A program made the position numbers and the translations under genes. Below the pieces are notes generated by a model, which was not told the origin of the DNA, ran no database searches, and worked only from the letters and a program-made list of their open reading frames with translations. From positions 1 to 11,758 of the forward strand of contig JAEORO010000127.1 in assembly GCA_016840855.1 (NCBI GenBank): DNA of 11,758 nt, given 5' to 3'. Source of the stretch: Candidatus Thorarchaeota archaeon (GTDB lineage Archaea; Asgardarchaeota; Thorarchaeia; Thorarchaeales; Thorarchaeaceae). Below are positions 7,446-11,758 of this stretch, piece by piece. The stretch's first letter is position 1, and each line of letters opens with the position of its first letter.

Positions 7446-8294
7446 CTATTTCGGAGCTTTGAATTTAGCAGAGACTGATTCTACGGACTCGCCAAGAATA
7501 GTTGGGTTGATTGTACCAAGCTCATAATTGAAGGCGTTCATGATGTGACGAATCGCTTCAGGATCAAAACCCATCAATCGTGCCATTGTTGCGTCAACAC
7601 TAACCGGCGCATGACCTACTATGAATACATCAAGTTTCCTTGTCTTGGGGCCATTCCACCCCTCTATACCCACTCTCGCATCAATAATGTTGAGACTCGG
7701 TCTAATGATTCTAGCAAGATCTGGAATCACTTTATCAATTTTAGAATGATAGAATGATTGATTCTTTCTTGGAAGGACTCCGAAGAGATTCTTCAAAGCT
7801 CCTGTAATAAACGTTAGATAGTGTGTTTTGGGAATAGCAACCGAAATGAAATAACCCGCATCCAAAAGGATCTCTGGTATCTCTGGGTTCTCGAAGTAAT
7901 CTCCAGTGAATTCCACTTCTTTCAAAGGTGCCCTACTCAAGTCGTATGTGCTGACATCAAACCCAGAGTCTCGCATGTTGCTACAAAGTTGAGTGTATCC
8001 GAACTTCTTGAAAGCCGCTTCCGCGTTCTTACTCTCGCTATCTGATTCGATGATTTTGATTGATAGCGTTTCATCAGTCTTCAATAGTAATTTGACCAGA
8101 GATTCAACTGTATCAACTCGAGAGACTGAGAATCCTGTGTTGTCAGATATTGTACAAATATTTGGCTTGATTAGGACTGGAGATTCTAAGGTTTCAAAGC
8201 CATTGATGTAAGCAAGCCCCTCTTCAAGAGCCCTACTAATGCTGTCTTTGTATTTTATTAGAGCGACTGAACTCACAAAGGACAACCTCTTCAC
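7446..8294 (-). CDS. DUF362 domain-containing protein
   Basis: VLIKPN, PKTH...ITGALKNLFG, LNIIDA...GIEG.GP and PVSVDA...LMGFDP motifs. Start uncertain (GTG 8294, TTG 8285 or GTG 8276). Confidence 0.85.
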   Translation of the reverse strand: MKRLSFVSSVALIKYKDSISRALEEGLAYINGFETLESPVLIKPNICTISDNTGFSVSRVDTVESLVKLLLKTDETLSIKIIESDSESKNAEAAFKKFGYTQLCSNMRDSGFDVSTYDLSRAPLKEVEFTGDYFENPEIPEILLDAGYFISVAIPKTHYLTFITGALKNLFGVLPRKNQSFYHSKIDKVIPDLARIIRPSLNIIDARVGIEGWNGPKTRKLDVFIVGHAPVSVDATMARLMGFDPEAIRHIMNAFNYELGTINPTILGESVESVSAKFKAPK

Positions 8295-8322
8295 CTGATT
8301 CGGTAATCAACCTAAAAACTGT

Positions 8323-8889
8323 TCATGCAATTATCTTGATTCCGATTCTCTGTCCAAGGGCAAACGCTTCTTCTAGCTTTTCTTTGTTTGAAGACACATG
8401 GAAATCTTCTGGACCAGTTTCGTTCTTAGAGCAGTACAATAAAGGAGTAAACTTGAATCTGAAGTAGTCTTGTACTCGTTCAAAGAAACCAATTGTCGAC
8501 TGGTAGTGATGACGATAAGTGAGAATTGCTACAAACTCCTTATCGAGCCAGTATTTCCTTACATCCATAGCTAAAGCCTCCATTCTGTCCAGAGCTGTCT
8601 TCATTTGTGCAGTCATATATCCCCAATACATCGGAGTCGCCCAGACAACAATATCAGCATCTGCGAATGCTGAGTAAATCTGGTTCATATCATCATCAAT
8701 TGCGCATTTGTGCCCTTCTGATGTTGCGCATGTTTCACACCCCTGGCAAGGTCTGATATTCATATCATTCAGTATGAAATCTAGAATCTCAACATCATCT
8801 GTTTCTCTGACCCCATTTACGAAATATTCAGCTAGAGTGTCTGAGTTACCTCCTCTTCTTGGACTACCATGAAGCACTATAACTCTCAT
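8323..8889 (-). CDS. Iron-sulfur flavoprotein (Isf) / NADPH-dependent FMN reductase family
   Basis: GSPRRGGNS FMN-binding loop, CQGCETCATSEGHKC (CX2CX2CX7C), TPMYWG...AQMKTALDR. A GGAGG SD supports ATG 8889. Confidence 0.88.
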   Translation of the reverse strand: MRVIVLHGSPRRGGNSDTLAEYFVNGVRETDDVEILDFILNDMNIRPCQGCETCATSEGHKCAIDDDMNQIYSAFADADIVVWATPMYWGYMTAQMKTALDRMEALAMDVRKYWLDKEFVAILTYRHHYQSTIGFFERVQDYFRFKFTPLLYCSKNETGPEDFHVSSNKEKLEEAFALGQRIGIKIIA

Positions 8890-9017
8890 GAAAGAATCTC
8901 CTCCGGTCTTCATGAGAACAATCACAAAATAAGGTGTTCATTGAAGCAGGAATTGAATTCAAATGACCTATACAGAATGCCTTTTCAAGCAGTGGTATTC
9001 CAGCTCGTTGGTGCCTC

Positions 9018-9962
9018 TTGATAGACGAGTGGAAATACAAAGGTCCCATCTTTGATGCGCACACGCACATTGGTGAACCAGATGCCATTGACATGATGCT
9101 CAAAATTGAAGATGAGTTAGATACGACTGCACAGATTGGGATTGTCCACTCAAAGGAAGGATTCGAGTACGCCAGAGTAAAATATCCGGAGAGGTTTGTC
9201 TTTGCCAAGTACCTATCACTCAGTGATATTGCACATTACAACGTCAACCCTATCATAGATGATATCTCAAGAACAAAAGATGAAGGGTATTCACTGGCAA
9301 AGACATGGTTTGGTCCTCGTTGGCGAGATTATATCGAGGAAGTTGCTAGTGATTTCAGAATTGATAGTCCAAAGCTCGAGCCTATTTTTCAGGCACTTGA
9401 AGATAACCGACTTCCATTACTAGTCCATGTTGCAGATCCAGATACTTACTTTCAACTACACTATCAAGATGTATCCAAATATGGTACAAAGGAAGAAAAC
9501 CTCAGTCAACTTGAAGCGGTGCTAGAACGACATCCTCGATTGCTCTTTCAAATCCCTCACTTTGGTGCTCAACCAGAGATACATCGACTCGTGAATCTAG
9601 CAAAATGGTTGGATAGATTTCCAAACATCATCATCGACACAGCATCGTCGCGCTGGATGGCTCGTGAACTTAGTAAAGATGTAACAAAAGCTCGAGCGTT
9701 TCTGTTAAAATATTCTGACAGGATTCTATTTGGAACAGACCTATCAACGAACCGAGGAACAATGGAATACTTTGAGTCAAGATATCGAGCTCAGCGATTA
9801 TTATGGGAAACTCGAGTACGAAATGAACCTCTCCCATTCGAAGATGCGGACACCAAAGACTCAGGCGGGACATTCATCAATGGTCTCGATTTACCATTGA
9901 CTGTTCTTCGGAAACTCTATTGGGAGAATGCAGCCAGGATCTATAGCCGTCCTGAACTGTAG
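9018..9962 (+). CDS. Amidohydrolase-family metal-dependent hydrolase (Amidohydro_2-like TIM barrel)
   Basis: FDAHTH, LLVHVAD, IPHFG, IDTAS, ILFGTD and ENAARI motifs. TTG start. Confidence 0.88.
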   Translation: MIDEWKYKGPIFDAHTHIGEPDAIDMMLKIEDELDTTAQIGIVHSKEGFEYARVKYPERFVFAKYLSLSDIAHYNVNPIIDDISRTKDEGYSLAKTWFGPRWRDYIEEVASDFRIDSPKLEPIFQALEDNRLPLLVHVADPDTYFQLHYQDVSKYGTKEENLSQLEAVLERHPRLLFQIPHFGAQPEIHRLVNLAKWLDRFPNIIIDTASSRWMARELSKDVTKARAFLLKYSDRILFGTDLSTNRGTMEYFESRYRAQRLLWETRVRNEPLPFEDADTKDSGGTFINGLDLPLTVLRKLYWENAARIYSRPEL

Positions 9963-10018
9963 AAGGACCTATATCTTCGTAGTTCCATTAGTTGGGCTGT
10001 GTGGTGTGGGTTGTGGCA

Positions 10019-10501
10019 ATGGAACAAAATGTACACTTTCAACTTGTGTACAACAGATTTGAACAGGATGGCTTTAATCAACATAAGAACACGATTGCTG
10101 GGATTCCTGTAAACATAGCACATAAGCAACGAGGGTCTCGATTTATTTCAAAGATGGACTTTTTCGGAATATTCGGTATTAAGGAATCTGTTTCTAAGGA
10201 GGACATTGAGAGATTCTCCATTGAGTCTTTTGACTATGCAAAGAAAATCTACAAAGGGACTAGAGGTCTAAGTGGGGGTTTTGCGGCTCTGCCTGCATTG
10301 TTCTCTGCAAAAGTTGATCCAGCAGCGCGGGAGTTGGTTAAGACATATCAAAAGAAACACTTCGCATCCTTTGAGGTGCCTACTATTGTGGACTTGACAG
10401 CACACGAAACTCTATGGTGCAGGGATACACCAATACTTGGAGGACTTGTCTATGGAACCCTTCAAAACTTCATCTGGTGGTTCTATCGAGTTGAATCCTA
10501 G
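10019..10501 (+). CDS. Hypothetical protein (alpha/beta, ~160 aa)
   Basis: Open frame with protein-like composition. ATG 10019 preferred over TTG 9992. No motif I can assign with confidence. Confidence 0.7.
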   Translation: MEQNVHFQLVYNRFEQDGFNQHKNTIAGIPVNIAHKQRGSRFISKMDFFGIFGIKESVSKEDIERFSIESFDYAKKIYKGTRGLSGGFAALPALFSAKVDPAARELVKTYQKKHFASFEVPTIVDLTAHETLWCRDTPILGGLVYGTLQNFIWWFYRVES

Positions 10502-10540
10502 ATACGAATGATGTCGTTTCACTAGCAAATCAGGCGAATC

Positions 10541-10563
10541 TCCGAACATCATCATCGACGCAG
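10541..10563 (+). repeat. Direct near-repeat (21/23 nt) of amidohydrolase coding segment 9620-9642
   Basis: TCCGAACATCATCATCGACGCAG vs TCCAAACATCATCATCGACACAG. Both copies are preceded by CTAGCAAA (10522-10529 and 9597-9604). Confidence 0.7.
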
Positions 10564-10708
10564 GTTTCTCAAGAGAGAACTCACATTTACAGTAATTCGA
10601 GTGCAGATTGAATGTGTTCTTGCAGCTCTTGTTCGAAAGAAATGTGACAATATTGCATAATTCAAGTTCTATTTATCTTCTATACCGAGGTCAACTCAAG
10701 AGGTAGAA

Positions 10709-11632
10709 ATGAAATTAGTCGGAGGACCATTTAGTTTTGATAAGGACTTAGACCTAGTCCGGAAGGTTCTGCTGGATATCTATAAACAAACTGGCGGTCT
10801 CCATTATCTCATTCCAACAAAGATTGAGAATCAGAAGTTTGGTCCTTGTGGTCCGAACTATTCCCCCAAAGATGATGAAGCAATCAAAATTTGGAGAACA
10901 TCAGGTAACGATGAATCTCATATTATCGCAATCTCTCATCGTGGCTCATCAGCTAACTACCATATCGAAGTACATCCGGACTACAAACACATGGAAAAAG
11001 ACCTGTTTCAAGAGATTGAAACGCTTGAGAAAAACATCAGCTGTGAAGGACAATCTCGAATGTATATGTACACGGTAGGACCTGATTCTATGAGGGTCGA
11101 TGTCCTAACCGAAATGTGCTATGACGACCACGGTCTTCACGAATACAATTATTGGTTCCCTCAAGACAGCTCGATACCTGAAAATCCGTTGCCAGACGGG
11201 TATATAATAAGAAGTCTAAGAAACGAACAAGAGTATACTCAGTTCATCGAAGTAATTGGTTCGGTGTATGATCACTGTCGTCAACATATGACGGTTGAAA
11301 AAATGCAATTCATGACGACAGCAGAGTTCTATCATCAAGACCTAAACCTAATCGTGGCCGATGAAACTGGTATGTTTGTAGGATTCTGTATGTACCGATT
11401 AGATCCCCTAACAGGAATTGTAGAAATGGAAGCACTTGGTGTTCATCCAGATTTCAGAGACCTAGGACTAGAAAAAGCTCTACTCTCTGAGGGCTTAAGA
11501 CGTGTGATGAAACATCGACCGAACCTGATTTGTGCGGTCGAGATTGATGTATCAGACCCTCTGAATCAGATGCTTGAGTCTGCAGGTTTTGTTCAAAGCG
11601 TGACAATGAACCTATGGGGGAAAATGATTTAG
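10709..11632 (+). CDS. GNAT-family N-acetyltransferase, tandem two-domain type
   Basis: N-domain IEVHPDYK and C-domain FVGFC...EALGVHPDFRDLGL...LESAGF. GAGGT SD upstream. Confidence 0.85.
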   Translation: MKLVGGPFSFDKDLDLVRKVLLDIYKQTGGLHYLIPTKIENQKFGPCGPNYSPKDDEAIKIWRTSGNDESHIIAISHRGSSANYHIEVHPDYKHMEKDLFQEIETLEKNISCEGQSRMYMYTVGPDSMRVDVLTEMCYDDHGLHEYNYWFPQDSSIPENPLPDGYIIRSLRNEQEYTQFIEVIGSVYDHCRQHMTVEKMQFMTTAEFYHQDLNLIVADETGMFVGFCMYRLDPLTGIVEMEALGVHPDFRDLGLEKALLSEGLRRVMKHRPNLICAVEIDVSDPLNQMLESAGFVQSVTMNLWGKMI

Positions 11633-11647
11633 TATGCGGAGCCTGAT

Positions 11648-11658
11648 TGAGAAAAAGT
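11648..11658 (-). terminator. Putative oligo-U terminator downstream of the tRNA 3' end
   Basis: Minus strand reads ACTTTTTCTCA a few nt after CCA. Confidence 0.4.
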
Positions 11659-11663
11659 AGGAG

Positions 11664-11693
11664 TGGTGCACTCGCCGGGATTCGAACCCGGGT
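11664..11693 (-). tRNA. 3' portion of a tRNA (probably Gly): T arm, acceptor 3' strand and ACCA; upstream interrupted
   Basis: Minus strand ACCCGGGTTCGAATCCCGGCGAGTGCACCA. T arm identical to tRNA-Gly(TCC). The 65 nt upstream contain no anticodon arm, D arm or GCACTCG 5' strand. Gly identity is inferred because no anticodon is visible. Confidence 0.8.
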
Positions 11694-11696
11694 GTT

Positions 11697-11734
11697 ATAT
11701 GGTCTGAACTCAACTAAAGTTCAAAACCAGATAT
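11697..11734. repeat. Imperfect inverted repeat / hairpin adjoining the tRNA fragment
   Basis: ATA-TGGT-C-TGAACT-caactaa-AGTTCA-AA-ACCA-G-ATAT. Confidence 0.65.
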
Positions 11735-11758
11735 CTAGAAATCTATTATCAATTTGAT

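Noticed and set aside
6977-10501. Selenocysteine or pyrrolysine read-through of TGA/TAG stops
   Set aside because: The recognisable proteins appear complete at their stops. The DUF362 frame, which I checked, hits another stop within about 10 codons, and I recognised no SECIS-like element.

Overview
Archaeal chromosomal window, by inference Asgard/Thorarchaeota-like (GGTGA/GGAGG Shine-Dalgarno sites, TATA-type promoters, archaeal/eukaryotic-type ribosomal proteins, eukaryote-like topoisomerase IB). The left part (1-4490) is the conserved minus-strand translation superoperon rpp21-yhbY-rps19e-PDCD5-rpl39e-rpl31e-eIF6-rpl18a-pfdA-ftsY(partial), with nep1 divergent. Next come a small two-helix membrane ORF and an intact tRNA-Gly(TCC) at 4810-4884. 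A ~6.8 kb variable block follows: type IB topoisomerase, arsC, DUF362, iron-sulfur flavoprotein, amidohydrolase, a hypothetical protein and a tandem GNAT. The block ends at the convergent 3' portion of a second, probably Gly, tRNA (11664-11693) whose upstream sequence is not tRNA-like. Main points for follow-up: the interrupted tRNA, a TopIB with a very long linker and Ser at the human N722 position, a structured and possibly switch-like rps19e leader, and an intergenic near-copy of an amidohydrolase segment that also reads as a C/D-box-like RNA. No database searches were run; all family calls come from motif recognition.
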